This document shows, piece after piece, positions 37,558-48,631 of a stretch of DNA of 64,000 nucleotides (the stretch's first letter is position 1; each line of letters starts with the position of its first letter). Below the pieces are notes generated by a model. It worked only from the letters and a program-made list of their open reading frames with translations. It was not told where the DNA came from and ran no database searches. This DNA comes from a virus: positions 17,293 to 81,292 of the IMG/VR virus record IMGVR_UViG_3300045918_000320. One strand, written 5' to 3'. The translations under genes were made by a program, and so were the position numbers.

Positions 37558-38039
37558 GATGAGAATAATTAAAGCTATAGCACATTTTATAATGAGGATA
37601 TTAGGACTTAGAGTTTATCCTATTGGTAGCTTATTATTTCAAACTCAGCACCATTTATATTTTATCTTAGAAGATTATCAGGAAGGTAGAGCTATTTTAA
37701 TTGACGAATTTGGAATGTTACTGTATATTAAAAAAGAAGATCTTAAAGCCAATTTTGAAGAAGTATTAGCAGTATTTAGAGATGGTAAAATTCAGTCAGT
37801 GAAGGAAATAATAGGAGATACTGTTTACTTAGATAATGAAACGGTAATGCTTTCAGATTTAAACGAAGGGAGTAACTAATGAATTATGTAGAGTATGTAT
37901 TAAGTTTAATAAATGATAAAAACGAAATAGTAGTAGACGATAGATTTAAATTACAAGTAGCTATTACTATTATAAATCAACATGATCATTTAAAAAGAGC
38001 TTTAGAATTAGGTGTTAAAGATAAGGTTAAATTACAATA

Positions 38040-38249
38040 ATGAAATGTACTAATAAAGACGATACTTATTTTTTACAAGATAGCAGTAATGATACTTTTA
38101 TTTCGTATTTTGATTCATTAGTAAATATTTTTGGAGAATGGACTCCTCACAAATATGGAGCATTAGGTACTAGAGGCGGATATTGGGGAAACGAAATTAA
38201 AGTGGAGGTTTTTAGATCTCCTCTAATTATAGTAATATTTAAAGGATAA
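38040..38249 (+). CDS. mini-gene family member (SPLIIVIF)
   Basis: C-terminal family motif. Confidence 0.6.
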   Translation: MKCTNKDDTYFLQDSSNDTFISYFDSLVNIFGEWTPHKYGALGTRGGYWGNEIKVEVFRSPLIIVIFKG

Positions 38250-38252
38250 TAA

Positions 38253-38609
38253 ATGAAATTACACGAATTGGCTAAAGAATTAAACACAAAAGCTACAGAA
38301 TTATTAAAAAAAGCTACAGAGCTTAACATGGAAATTAAATCTGTAAATGCTCACGTAAGCTTAGAGGACGAGCAAACTTTAAGAAATGAGTTTGGAATTG
38401 TTGTATCGGGAGGCTCGCTAATTACTCCTATTGCCTTTGTAAGACGTTTAGGATTGGATGCTAACAATATGATGAGATACGAATTAGTTGAAGCTGAAAT
38501 TTGTGAGAATGGATTTGTAGAAATTAAATCTAGAAAAGAATTTAATAGTCGTACCAGAGCATTCCATGAATTAGGATACAAAAATGGTCATTTAGAAATG
38601 GATGTATAA
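38253..38609 (+). CDS. protein with translation initiation factor IF2 N-terminal-like domain
   Basis: MKLHELAKELNTKATELL..EIKS..VSLEDEQTLR matches the IF2_N pattern. Confidence 0.65.
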   Translation: MKLHELAKELNTKATELLKKATELNMEIKSVNAHVSLEDEQTLRNEFGIVVSGGSLITPIAFVRRLGLDANNMMRYELVEAEICENGFVEIKSRKEFNSRTRAFHELGYKNGHLEMDV

Positions 38610-39145
38610 ATGAAATTTATTTGTAATATAGCATCTTTAGTATCTATGTTTATGTTTGTAGGCTGTACAGCAATTTCATTGCTTACAGCTATTAATTTAG
38701 ATTTTGGTGCGAGTATTGGCTATGGACTTTTAGCTGGTGTTCATTTTGTTCTTATGGTAATATTTGGATATATTTCTATAAAAGCTTAGGGAGTTTTTAT
38801 GTGGAAAATTTTGAATAAAAGTAATGGTCAGGAATTAATATTTAAAACTGATAGCGACTTTTGTCAGTGGTATGACAATACACATTTAGCACAATACGAA
38901 AGCTCAGTAGGTGCTATGGATCAAGCTAAAGATCAGCAAAATGGATACTATATAGGTTTAGGATACTATTTAAACTATATTGATATTCCGGATTACGTAT
39001 CCTATCCGCCTAAAAAAGAAGAAACTAAAACTTGTCAGCATCCCAGAAAATATTTAAATAAAATTAGCAATAGTTTAGAATTTATGGTTTGTCCGGATTG
39101 TAAAGAAGAAGTAAAAGAAGAGCCAGTAGTTAATAAAAATACTGG

Positions 39146-40012
39146 ATGGGAATGGGGATTTTGAAACTGTCACACTCTGCTAAAGATCTTTGGAAAACCT
39201 GCAAATACAAATGGCATTTACATTACCAAAAAAGATATCGCTCTGTCAGAGTTAGCTCTGCATTAGCTTTTGGAAATAGCTTTGACTTAGCTTTAAACGA
39301 ATTATTGCTAACTAAAGATTTGCTAAAAGCTGCAGATGTTTTCTGGAATAGCTGGGAAGAATGGAAATATAAACCACTAATTGATTTTTATAAATCTGAT
39401 TTTAATTCAGATTTATTATCCAAATCAGATCTAGACGAAATTCAAGCAGTAGAGGCAGATGCCGATCTACAGGATCATTTATTAAATTGGTACTCACTCC
39501 GAGCTAAAGGTCTTAGGATGCTAGCAGAATATGATCTTCAGATCATGCCTAGCCTAGCTGAGATCATTTCTATTCAAGGAGAGTTTGAAATACCTATCCC
39601 AAATACAGAACACACTGTAGGAGGTAAATTAGATTTAATAGCACGTATTGGAGAACACACTTATATTCTAGATAACAAAACTACTAGTCAGCCTTATGCC
39701 AAAAATAGTTGTCAAACTAAAGAGCAGACAGCTTTATATGCAAGAGGAGTGCCAGAATACGATTCTAATGTAGGATTTTTAACTATAAACAAAAAAGATT
39801 TTAGAACACAAATTTTGTTAGGGCAAGCTCCTAAAGAATTACAAGAATCTGTAATGCAAGATTTTGTATCTATGGCTACAGAAATTGATAATACTACAGA
39901 ATTTGACAAGAATAAAAAAGGATGTTATTCTTTTGGTAGCAAGTGTCAGTTTTATTCGCATTGCTGGGGAGAAGGATTCAGTGAAAACATTTATGAAGCT
40001 GAAAAAGAATAA
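39146..40012 (+). CDS. PD-(D/E)xK exonuclease (RecB/Cas4-like)
   Basis: LSHS..C, GKLDL..ILDNKT, QTALY, C-terminal C..C..C. Confidence 0.8.
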   Translation: MGMGILKLSHSAKDLWKTCKYKWHLHYQKRYRSVRVSSALAFGNSFDLALNELLLTKDLLKAADVFWNSWEEWKYKPLIDFYKSDFNSDLLSKSDLDEIQAVEADADLQDHLLNWYSLRAKGLRMLAEYDLQIMPSLAEIISIQGEFEIPIPNTEHTVGGKLDLIARIGEHTYILDNKTTSQPYAKNSCQTKEQTALYARGVPEYDSNVGFLTINKKDFRTQILLGQAPKELQESVMQDFVSMATEIDNTTEFDKNKKGCYSFGSKCQFYSHCWGEGFSENIYEAEKE

Positions 40013-40203
40013 TGAAAAGAAATAATTTACATAATTATTATACCGCCCACAGATTATCACATGATATACTATATCTATTAAAAGGATATGCACCTTGGAT
40101 TACAGGCACTTATGTAAAGTATTACGGAAAGGAAACTCACTATCTTATAGATATGGTAACAATAGATAATGCAAAATTATTAAGGATTATTTTTGAAATA
40201 TAA
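40012..40203 (+). CDS. mini-gene family member (AKLLRIIF)
   Basis: C-terminal family motif. Confidence 0.6.
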   Translation: MKRNNLHNYYTAHRLSHDILYLLKGYAPWITGTYVKYYGKETHYLIDMVTIDNAKLLRIIFEI

Positions 40204-40372
40204 AAACACAGAATTATATTTTATCTACAGATCAAAACTCCGATACTGTTTTACAGGTTTAAATTACTTATATGATACTTACGAAATATTAAATCTAACA
40301 AATAATGAAAAAATTTTTTTAAATAGAAAAATATTAATATCTCCTATGCTGAGAGAAATTTATGAGTTATAA
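40193..40372 (+). CDS. mini-gene family member, 59 aa (SPMLREIY), not in ORF track
   Basis: TTG start inside previous member's motif; open frame read by hand. Confidence 0.6.
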   Translation: MKYKNTELYFIYRSKLRYCFTGLNYLYDTYEILNLTNNEKIFLNRKILISPMLREIYEL

Positions 40373-40556
40373 ATTAAAAACTAGTGATTTAGTTTGTATA
40401 TTTTGGGATAAAGATTTTGATATAGGATTTTACGTGCATCTAAATAATAAACATTTATATACTAAAAATAGTTCATTTGTTAGCAATTTACCAAAATATA
40501 AAATAGAATTAATAAGTAGTCCTTTACTTAGAGTAATTTACACTGGAGATTTTTAA
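40362..40556 (+). CDS. mini-gene family member (SPLLRVIY)
   Basis: YKLK N-terminus and C-terminal motif. Confidence 0.65.
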   Translation: MSYKLKTSDLVCIFWDKDFDIGFYVHLNNKHLYTKNSSFVSNLPKYKIELISSPLLRVIYTGDF

Positions 40557-40759
40557 AATGGAAAAAGCAATAAAGACTTACAAAATCATAAATGTATTAA
40601 GTATAATATGTTTAGCTATTTGGGCAGCAGCATTTTTATTTTCAAATAAACCTATAGAAACTATTGACAAGATAATAATAGCTATGTTAGTATTTAAGAG
40701 TATTAATTATAATCTAAAAGAAAATGAATTTTTAGATGAGTTTAAACCGGAGGAAAAAA

Positions 40760-41401
40760 ATGAGTAATTTAATTTTTAAGAAAATGTCAGAAGTAATGAA
40801 AGATGTTGGATCTATTGGTAAAGACCAAAAGAATACAGCTCAAGGATTTAAATTCAGAGGTATAGACCAATTTGTAAATGCTTTGTATCCTGCTTTAACT
40901 AAACATGGAGTATTTATGGCTCCTAGATGTGTTAGAGAAGATCACGAAGTAAAAGATGTTACTAGATCTAACGGAAAGGCTGGAGTAGATAAACATGTTA
41001 CTATTATGATGGAATATGATTTCTTTGCTGAAGATGGATCTAAAGTAACTGTAGGGCCAATTCCTGCTGAAGGATTAGATTCTGGGGACAAAGCTACAAA
41101 TAAAGCTTTATCAGCAGCTTTAAAATATGCTTTAATTCAGACTTTCAGTATCCCAACAGAAGATATGGCTGAAGCAGATTTAGAATCTCCAACTATCGGA
41201 CAACAGTTAGTTGGGAATACCGGATTAACTACTATAACTTTAACTGATTCTTCATTTTCAAAAGGAGGAGCTGTATCAGGAAATACTGATGCTCCTCCTA
41301 AAATGACAGCAGCAGCCGCTACAGCAAAAGCAGTTGAGAAAAAAGTTAGTAGTATGCGAAAAGTAGAAGTTAAAAGTAACGATTCAGATTTAGACTTGTA
41401 G
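40760..41401 (+). CDS. ERF-family single-strand annealing protein
   Basis: KN..QGFKFRGID, EGLDSGDKATNKALSAALKYAL. Confidence 0.85.
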   Translation: MSNLIFKKMSEVMKDVGSIGKDQKNTAQGFKFRGIDQFVNALYPALTKHGVFMAPRCVREDHEVKDVTRSNGKAGVDKHVTIMMEYDFFAEDGSKVTVGPIPAEGLDSGDKATNKALSAALKYALIQTFSIPTEDMAEADLESPTIGQQLVGNTGLTTITLTDSSFSKGGAVSGNTDAPPKMTAAAATAKAVEKKVSSMRKVEVKSNDSDLDL

Positions 41402-42154
41402 GAGTTAAAATAAAAAGGAGTTATTATGCGAGTAGCAATGCTAGGTATAGAAAATGATAAAATAAAAATCGGAGCATTAGAAGAAGTGGAAACTCTGAAA
41501 AAAGCAAGAGAATATATTCAAAATGAATTGAATAATATTCCATCTTTAAAAGACTGTAAGGTAGTAGTATTTGAAGTAGAAGATGATTTTGATATGTCAA
41601 CTCTTATGTTTGATGATGGGGATGAATAATGACTTTAGATGAATTTATTAATGAACAAATAGAAAAAGATCCCGAAGGTTTATTAGACATGCTATTAACT
41701 ATGGCTCTCCAAGAAGGAGATAAATATAGTGCAGAGGATACAGAAAAAGACTTTATGGATGCTGCAGAAAATGCTTTTGAAGTTATTAAATTCATAAATG
41801 CATTAAATAACCAACAGCCGCAATTAGAAGAAGATACTGAAGGATTAGAAGATTTAATATTACAATCAAACAGCAATGTAAAATTGCTACATTAGGAGAT
41901 TAAAATGTCAGAAGTAGGATTATTAAAAGAAGCTAAAAACAAAGACAAGAACGGAAAAACTGTTTTAACAATTGAAGTTACAAATGATATTACTTTAAAA
42001 AAAGGTGATGTTATTTTTCTAAACGATCCAAAAGATTATTTAAACTTTATTGTTAAATCTGAAAAATCTTCAGATAAGCAAAGAGCTTGGGCAGAAGGGC
42101 AGTTAGAAGGATTTGAAACTGGTAAGTTAGGATTTATTAAAAAGAGATTACAAC

Positions 42155-42361
42155 TTGCAAAACGCAAAGAAAACTAGGAAAAAGGGATACTTTTATGTAT
42201 CCTTAGAATATTATAATAGATCATTAAAACGTAAAGTTGAAAATCCAAATAGCTATGACATATATTTTAATGATTATGATAATACTTCTAAATCGTCTAC
42301 ACATTTAGATATTAGAATTTTTTATAAAGGGTTACTAAAAGAAATATTCAAAGGAGTTTAA
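42155..42361 (+). CDS. mini-gene family member (KGLLKEIF)
   Basis: C-terminal motif; start uncertain. Confidence 0.5.
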   Translation: MQNAKKTRKKGYFYVSLEYYNRSLKRKVENPNSYDIYFNDYDNTSKSSTHLDIRIFYKGLLKEIFKGV

Positions 42362-42362
42362 A

Positions 42363-43511
42363 ATGCAAGTTAAAGATTTAAAGAGAGCTATTCCATATTT
42401 ATTTAAAACTAAAATCACACCACTACTAATTGGACTACACGGAAAAGGTAAAACATCTTTTGTATCTGAGTTAGCTCAGGAAATGGATGCTAATTTACTA
42501 GTGGTGCGTTTAGGTACATTGTCAGATTCAGGAGATCTAATTGGTTTACCGGCTCACCTACAAGATTCTTTAGGTAAAGCTATAGAAACTATTTATGTAG
42601 CACCTAGCTTCTTACCAGTAGCTAGAGAAGGATTTGACAATACCAGAAAGACTGTATTATTTCTAGATGAGATTAACAGATGCCACAAAGATTTAATTCA
42701 AGCTATTTTCCAGTTAGTAGAAAAAGGTGAACAGCTAGGGCCTCATAAATTAATTAATACTCACGTAATTGCTGCAGCTAACCCAGCTACAGACGACTAT
42801 TCAGTAATGGATATTTCAGATAAAGCTTTTACAGACAGATTTTGCCACTTAGCTTTCGAGCCTAGCACTCAAGAATTTTTAGATTATGGTAAAGCTAATT
42901 TTAACTCTCCATATTTAAATTTCTTATCTAATAGACCAGAAATGATTAGAAAAAAGAATGATCTAATTATAATTGATTATATTGATCAGTCTGAAAGATC
43001 TGCTGAAAAAATTTGTAGATTGGAATTAGCAGGACTACCTACAGATTTATTTCTAGAAGTAGCTTCGGGGATAGTAGGTACTGAAGCAGCCTCGGCAGCA
43101 GTAGCTTTTTACTTAGAAAATAATGTTAAAATCTCAGGAAATGATATTATTTATAATTACGAATCTGTAAAAGAAAAAGTATTAAAGCACAATATGCCAG
43201 CATTAGCACTTGCTATAGACGAAATTGAAAAGATACTTATTGATAAAAAAGAAGAGCCGAACACTCAGCAAGAAATTGATAATTTTATTCAATTCCTAAC
43301 TGACATTCCTGCAGATCTTTGTATTGGTACTATTATTAATTTTGCTAAAATTGAATCTTGGTCTAATGATGAACTTGTAATTCAAAACTTTTACGGGTAC
43401 GATTCTGGAAAAGGTATTTCAGATACATGTTCTAAATTCCTAGATTATATTCGAGAAATGCGTAAAGCAGGTAAATTAAAATTGCCAGAAGAAAAGAAAG
43501 AAGAAAATTAA
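42363..43511 (+). CDS. MoxR-like AAA+ ATPase
   Basis: GLHGKGKT, DLIGLP, LFLDEINR, AAANP, DRF. Confidence 0.85.
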   Translation: MQVKDLKRAIPYLFKTKITPLLIGLHGKGKTSFVSELAQEMDANLLVVRLGTLSDSGDLIGLPAHLQDSLGKAIETIYVAPSFLPVAREGFDNTRKTVLFLDEINRCHKDLIQAIFQLVEKGEQLGPHKLINTHVIAAANPATDDYSVMDISDKAFTDRFCHLAFEPSTQEFLDYGKANFNSPYLNFLSNRPEMIRKKNDLIIIDYIDQSERSAEKICRLELAGLPTDLFLEVASGIVGTEAASAAVAFYLENNVKISGNDIIYNYESVKEKVLKHNMPALALAIDEIEKILIDKKEEPNTQQEIDNFIQFLTDIPADLCIGTIINFAKIESWSNDELVIQNFYGYDSGKGISDTCSKFLDYIREMRKAGKLKLPEEKKEEN

Positions 43512-43533
43512 TATTTACAACAGGAAAAATTAA

Positions 43534-44706
43534 ATGTCAGTACAACAAGCTATAATAGAATTAATTGTTTCTGGTAATCAATTTTATGCAAGTTTTTTAG
43601 CACAATGTAATAGAAAAATACGTTACGATTTACCAGCTCCGGCTGGTATTTCAGTAACCTCTTCTATTAATTTGTATATTAATCCAACATTATTTGATAA
43701 GTTTACTTTAAAGCAACAACAAGATATTTTAAAGCACGAAATAATGCATTTAATAAACGAACATTGTGGAGTTAAACCTTCAGATGAAAATTTATCAGCA
43801 AAGCAATTAAATATAGCTATGGACTGTGCTATAAACCAATTAGAAGGTATTGAGCAGTCAGTAGATGAGATTGGCGGAGTAACTTTAGAACGCTTTAAAA
43901 AAGCTTGCAGTGAGTTTATAGAACCCGATAGTATCAAGCCTAAAATGGACTTTAGATATTATGGTAGAATTATAAAACAATGTCAGGATAAATTTGACGA
44001 AGAGCAAGCTGGAAAAGAAATAGACGATCACTCCAAAATGGAGAATGATACTGAAGGCGATTCGAGAGAAACTACTTATGGAAAAGAATTCCAAAAGCAA
44101 GTTGTAAAAAATGCTGTAGGTAGAGCTAAAAATGCTGCTGGAAATGTTGGTGGAGATTTACAAAGATTAATTGATCAAATGTTTGCTAGTAAGGTAAACT
44201 GGAAACAGCAATTAACACGGATTGTTTCTAATGCTGTTACAATTAAAAAGACTACTACTAGAACACGTTTAAACAGACGTTACGGATTGATGTCACCCGG
44301 AAAAAAGAAAGATTATGTTCTTAAAGTCGGATATGTTTTAGATACTTCTGGTAGTATGTCTTCTTATAACCTAGCCCAAGGCTGGGGAGAAATTTCTAAA
44401 TTACAATCTCTATTCCCAGAAATGGAAATTATTTTATACGAATGTGATGCAGACGTTCAGCCGGGAAGAAAATTTGATAGGAAATTGAAGCCAGAAGTTA
44501 AAGGTGGAGGAGGAACAGATATGAATCCTGCATTCCAATTAGCTTTAAAAGATGGTGCTGATTTAATTATATGTTTTACAGATGGTGATTTTTACGAAAA
44601 TATAGATAATCCAAATGTACCAGTTATTTTTTGTATCGACGGTAAAAATAGTTATAGCTACCCTTTTGGTAAAGTGTTATGTTTAGGTGAGCATAGAGAT
44701 GGTTGA
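43534..44706 (+). CDS. DUF2201-type metallopeptidase plus vWA domain protein
   Basis: HEIMH..NIAMDCAIN; MIDAS DTSGSM, GGGGT, FTDG. Confidence 0.85.
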   Translation: MSVQQAIIELIVSGNQFYASFLAQCNRKIRYDLPAPAGISVTSSINLYINPTLFDKFTLKQQQDILKHEIMHLINEHCGVKPSDENLSAKQLNIAMDCAINQLEGIEQSVDEIGGVTLERFKKACSEFIEPDSIKPKMDFRYYGRIIKQCQDKFDEEQAGKEIDDHSKMENDTEGDSRETTYGKEFQKQVVKNAVGRAKNAAGNVGGDLQRLIDQMFASKVNWKQQLTRIVSNAVTIKKTTTRTRLNRRYGLMSPGKKKDYVLKVGYVLDTSGSMSSYNLAQGWGEISKLQSLFPEMEIILYECDADVQPGRKFDRKLKPEVKGGGGTDMNPAFQLALKDGADLIICFTDGDFYENIDNPNVPVIFCIDGKNSYSYPFGKVLCLGEHRDG

Positions 44707-44806
44707 TAAATTTATGGACAGTTATGTTGATGAATTTGTCAGGCAATACAGACGTATGAAATATAAAAATAAACCATTAATATATATTATTTACGGATTA
44801 GAATGA
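44699..44806 (+). CDS. mini-gene family member, 35 aa (KPLIYIIYG), not in ORF track
   Basis: open frame read by hand; overlaps both neighbours. Confidence 0.5.
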   Translation: MVDKFMDSYVDEFVRQYRRMKYKNKPLIYIIYGLE

Positions 44807-45087
44807 TTTTAAATACAGACTATTTAGAAAATATTTTTAGAGGTATAGTTCCGGGGCCAGTGATTGTAACTAAAAGTTCTGAGAGAGATGGTTATAGAAT
44901 TTGCATAGTTCATCCGTTCCCTGTATTGCCTTCATATTTTTATATTAATACCATAGAATTACATAGACCAAAATCCGATTTAGTTTATGAATTAGGAATT
45001 AGAGTTAAGTTTAATTCTATATTTAAAAAAGACGTAGAAGCCTTTAAAGCACCATTATTAAAAATTATTTATGGATATAGAGAATGA
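44803..45087 (+). CDS. mini-gene family member (APLLKIIYG)
   Basis: C-terminal motif. Confidence 0.65.
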   Translation: MILNTDYLENIFRGIVPGPVIVTKSSERDGYRICIVHPFPVLPSYFYINTIELHRPKSDLVYELGIRVKFNSIFKKDVEAFKAPLLKIIYGYRE

Positions 45088-45428
45088 TGCAAACTTCCAT
45101 GGACGACTATAACTATGTATCAAAACATTTTGAAGTTGTCCGAAAAAAATATGGCACAGAAATTAACTTCACAATTAGCCCTATAGTAAACGAAAATTCT
45201 CAGCCTTGTATAATTAGTTTTTATACTTTAGTTACTGATTATTTCGGGTATATGGATTTTATATCTTTAGAGGGTATAGAATTGTGGGAAATGCTTGACA
45301 AAGTAAAGGTAATGAATTATGCTCTTACTGTGATGATTCGCAAAGCATTATTTAATTATGGAATAAAGGGATTAAAAGGAGAGAGATTATCCAAAACTCC
45401 TTTATTGAGATTAATTTATGAAGTATAA
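45084..45428 (+). CDS. mini-gene family member (TPLLRLIYE)
   Basis: C-terminal motif. Confidence 0.65.
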   Translation: MMQTSMDDYNYVSKHFEVVRKKYGTEINFTISPIVNENSQPCIISFYTLVTDYFGYMDFISLEGIELWEMLDKVKVMNYALTVMIRKALFNYGIKGLKGERLSKTPLLRLIYEV

Positions 45429-45663
45429 ATTTCCCGGAGAGTATATTGAGTTACTACACGAAGAAACTGGATTAATAGAATGTCTAAATTGGTATGTAAA
45501 AAATGACGATCATCAGTTTTTACTTCTTGACAATATAAGAGATGTTAATTTACTGGCAGTATGGACAGATTTACTAGATTCTAGAATTTTAGCAGGAAAA
45601 TTGTTACCAATAATATTAGGAGAGGAATATGTATCAGAGATTTACAGAAACGCAAAAAGATAA
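45418..45663 (+). CDS. mini-gene family member (GKLLPIILG)
   Basis: motif; its Gly-Glu codons form the SD of the primase-helicase. Confidence 0.55.
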   Translation: MKYKFPGEYIELLHEETGLIECLNWYVKNDDHQFLLLDNIRDVNLLAVWTDLLDSRILAGKLLPIILGEEYVSEIYRNAKR

Positions 45664-47581
45664 AGGTTTATTAGTTCCAGTAGGGACTGATGTATACAAA
45701 TTAATGCGTAACGCTAACAAAGATTATTACACTTCATTTTATAGATATAACGATGAGCACAAAAAAGAATTCGATGCTAAAGGTTCTGTAGCTGGATTTA
45801 AAGGTGTTGTATCTGATTTGCTACCTTGGGATTTCGACAATGAATCAGATCCATCTATTGCTCAAGCAGATGCTTTAGAAATGGTTTACCGGCTAAAGAA
45901 AGACGGATACAAAGAAGAGAATATTAGAATATTTTTTTCAGGTATGAAAGGATTTGAGGTATCAGTACCTATTTCAGAATTGCTTACTCCGGCTGAATTA
46001 AAAAATGTATGTTTAAATTATGCGGAAGGATTAAAAGCTGATACTAGTGTTTATAACGATACTAGAATATTCAGATTACCATTTACTAAACACAATAAAT
46101 CTGGACTATATAAAATTCCTTTAACACTGGAACAATTAGAATCTCTCAGTATTTCAGAAATTAGAGATGAAGCTAAAAGTATAGAAGGATTTGATAAGCA
46201 TGAGATATTAGCAGCTTATAAACCAGCTAAACTTACAGAAAAAATGAGACAATTTAAAGCTAAAACTCCAGAAGTAAAAGTTACTAGAGAATTATTAGAA
46301 TCTATTAGTTTAGAAAATATCGATTGGGGAAAGAAGCCTAGAGATTTAACTCACGAAAAATATTTACTATCTTTAGGTTATTTCTCGCAAGGAAATCGTA
46401 GCGAGGCTTTAATTATTTTAGCAGCTACTTTAAAAAATTTAGGATGGAATGAAACTCAGGTATACTATGCTTGTAAAGCTGCAGCCGATTTACAGGCTAG
46501 CCGAACAGGCGAAGATAAATTTCCTAAAAATGAAATATACAAAAATATTATTGAGCAAGTCTTTGGGCCGAATTGGAAAAATGGTAGCTATTCTGTAAAA
46601 GATAATTCTTTATTGCAGCAATTATCTCTATTAGTTCCGGCTGAAGTGAGAATGACTTCTTCTGAGGATAATATTGTATCTATTACTGAATCTTTTGGAT
46701 CTTTCAGTAGCTATGCAAAAGAAATTGATAAAAATACTATTAAGTTTGGAATAGCCCCTTTAGACGAAAAATTAGTGATGCAGACAGGAAGACTTTACGG
46801 TATTCTAGCAGCTCCGGGAGTCGGTAAGACTACTTTTGGAGTAGACGTTTTAAGAAATACTTCTTTAAATGGTGAGCTTAGTATGTTTGCCAGCTATGAC
46901 ATGTCTTGTCCAGACGTTATTCAAAAATTAATTCAAAAACATAGCCGATTAAAAGCTAAAGATATTTACGCAGCTTTTAGGGATAATGATACAAAACAAA
47001 TAGAAAAATTCTATAAAATGTTAGATGAGAATTACAAAAATGTTACCTTTATTTTTAAAACTGGACAAACTATAGATGATTTAAAGAAATCTATTATTGA
47101 AAGGGAAAAACAATTAGGAGCACCTATTCGGTTAGTAGTAGTAGATTATTTAGAGTTAATTCAATCTAAATTTTCAGATCCTACTCAGGCTAGTATGGAG
47201 TCGATACAAGGACTTAGAGAAATAGCTGTAGGGATGAATAAAGCAGTTATTGTAATGCTTCAGCCGAGTAAAATGGGTACTAGTATAGACGAGCCTATTA
47301 CGTCTTATTCTGCCAGTAAAGGTAGTTCTAGTATTGCCCAAGCAGTTACAGCTATGCTTACTTTACACAGACCGGGATGCAGCTCTAGGACTCCAGAGAA
47401 TGATAATTATATTGGTATAGATTGTGTAAAAAATAGAAGTGGTGGATTATTTAGTTTAGATTTACATTTTGACGGAGCTACAGGAAATATTAGAGCTTTG
47501 GAAACTATTGAAGCTATGACATTGCAGGAATTGCGAGAAGCTAAAAGACAGCAGCATCAGGACGAGGATAGTTTATTTTGA
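45629..47581 (+). CDS. primase-helicase (AEP-like primase plus DnaB/SF4 helicase)
   Basis: WDFD, FFSGMKGF, RIFRLP; AAPGVGKT, VVVDYLE, KNRSG. Confidence 0.85.
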   Translation: MYQRFTETQKDKGLLVPVGTDVYKLMRNANKDYYTSFYRYNDEHKKEFDAKGSVAGFKGVVSDLLPWDFDNESDPSIAQADALEMVYRLKKDGYKEENIRIFFSGMKGFEVSVPISELLTPAELKNVCLNYAEGLKADTSVYNDTRIFRLPFTKHNKSGLYKIPLTLEQLESLSISEIRDEAKSIEGFDKHEILAAYKPAKLTEKMRQFKAKTPEVKVTRELLESISLENIDWGKKPRDLTHEKYLLSLGYFSQGNRSEALIILAATLKNLGWNETQVYYACKAAADLQASRTGEDKFPKNEIYKNIIEQVFGPNWKNGSYSVKDNSLLQQLSLLVPAEVRMTSSEDNIVSITESFGSFSSYAKEIDKNTIKFGIAPLDEKLVMQTGRLYGILAAPGVGKTTFGVDVLRNTSLNGELSMFASYDMSCPDVIQKLIQKHSRLKAKDIYAAFRDNDTKQIEKFYKMLDENYKNVTFIFKTGQTIDDLKKSIIEREKQLGAPIRLVVVDYLELIQSKFSDPTQASMESIQGLREIAVGMNKAVIVMLQPSKMGTSIDEPITSYSASKGSSSIAQAVTAMLTLHRPGCSSRTPENDNYIGIDCVKNRSGGLFSLDLHFDGATGNIRALETIEAMTLQELREAKRQQHQDEDSLF

Positions 47582-47787
47582 AGACAAATGATAATAGATA
47601 TGTCTATTTTTTCACTTATAGTAATGAATCTATAGTGTCTATGTTTTTTGAATGTCAAGAGGAAGATATTAATAGTAATACTTGCTTTAAAAGAAAAGAA
47701 ATTGAAGAGCAAAGAGAGGATTACGATATCTATTTACATTATAAAGCAATACAAAGCCCTTTATTAAAAGCTATTTTGGAAGAATAA
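47578..47787 (+). CDS. mini-gene family member (SPLLKAIL)
   Basis: C-terminal motif. Confidence 0.6.
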   Translation: MKTNDNRYVYFFTYSNESIVSMFFECQEEDINSNTCFKRKEIEEQREDYDIYLHYKAIQSPLLKAILEE

Positions 47788-48008
47788 TGAAATATAAAAA
47801 AGATAAAGTTTGTAGATATAAATTTGTATATTCTAAAGATATTATACAATCTTTGCGAGACTCTATAGACATTACTGGATTTGAAAGTAGTTTAGACTTG
47901 CATTTATATAGAACTGAAGAAATTTACAAAGAAAATAATTACGAAAGTTTTATTAATCATAATGCTCTAATTGCACCTTTATTTAGAATTATTTTAGGAG
48001 AAAAATGA
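47787..48008 (+). CDS. mini-gene family member (APLFRIILG)
   Basis: C-terminal motif. Confidence 0.6.
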   Translation: MKYKKDKVCRYKFVYSKDIIQSLRDSIDITGFESSLDLHLYRTEEIYKENNYESFINHNALIAPLFRIILGEK

Positions 48009-48631
48009 AATTAATTAATCCTTCTGTAACTATAGAAACTGATTTAAACGGAGAGTTTATTTTAAGACATGTAGAAAAGGCTATACGTAATTGCTACAAG
48101 TCTGAGGATAAAATAGGTGAGGATAGCCATAAAAAGCTAATTAAAACTATTTTAGATAGTCACCATTACAGTACTATAGAACACTATACTATTACTGTAA
48201 GAGTAATTTGTAGTCGAGCTTGTATGGCTCAGTGGACTAGACACAGACTAATGTCTTTTAGTATTGAATCTCAGAGATACATAAATTATTCTAGAGGTAA
48301 ATTTGGCGGAGAGATTACGTTTATTCGCCCAATAGAATATTACGATTGGACTGTACAGCAACAATTTAAATTTGATATAGCTATGCAGGATTCTGAAAAA
48401 TCTTATATGGATTTGCTATCTGCAGGGCTAAAAGCTCAGGATGCCAGAAATGCTTTAAATAATGCTACTAAAACAGAAATGGTAGTTTCTGGAAATTTAA
48501 GAGTTTGGAGAGATTTACTAATAAAAAGAGTTGACAAATCAGCACAGTCTGAGATACGATATTTAGCAAAGGAACTTCTTTCGGAATTTAAAAAGGAGAT
48601 TCCTATAATTTTTGATGATATAGAGGTGTAA
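48005..48631 (+). CDS. thyX: flavin-dependent thymidylate synthase
   Basis: HYSTIEH, RHRLMSFSIESQRY, AQSEIR. Confidence 0.9.
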   Translation: MKLINPSVTIETDLNGEFILRHVEKAIRNCYKSEDKIGEDSHKKLIKTILDSHHYSTIEHYTITVRVICSRACMAQWTRHRLMSFSIESQRYINYSRGKFGGEITFIRPIEYYDWTVQQQFKFDIAMQDSEKSYMDLLSAGLKAQDARNALNNATKTEMVVSGNLRVWRDLLIKRVDKSAQSEIRYLAKELLSEFKKEIPIIFDDIEV

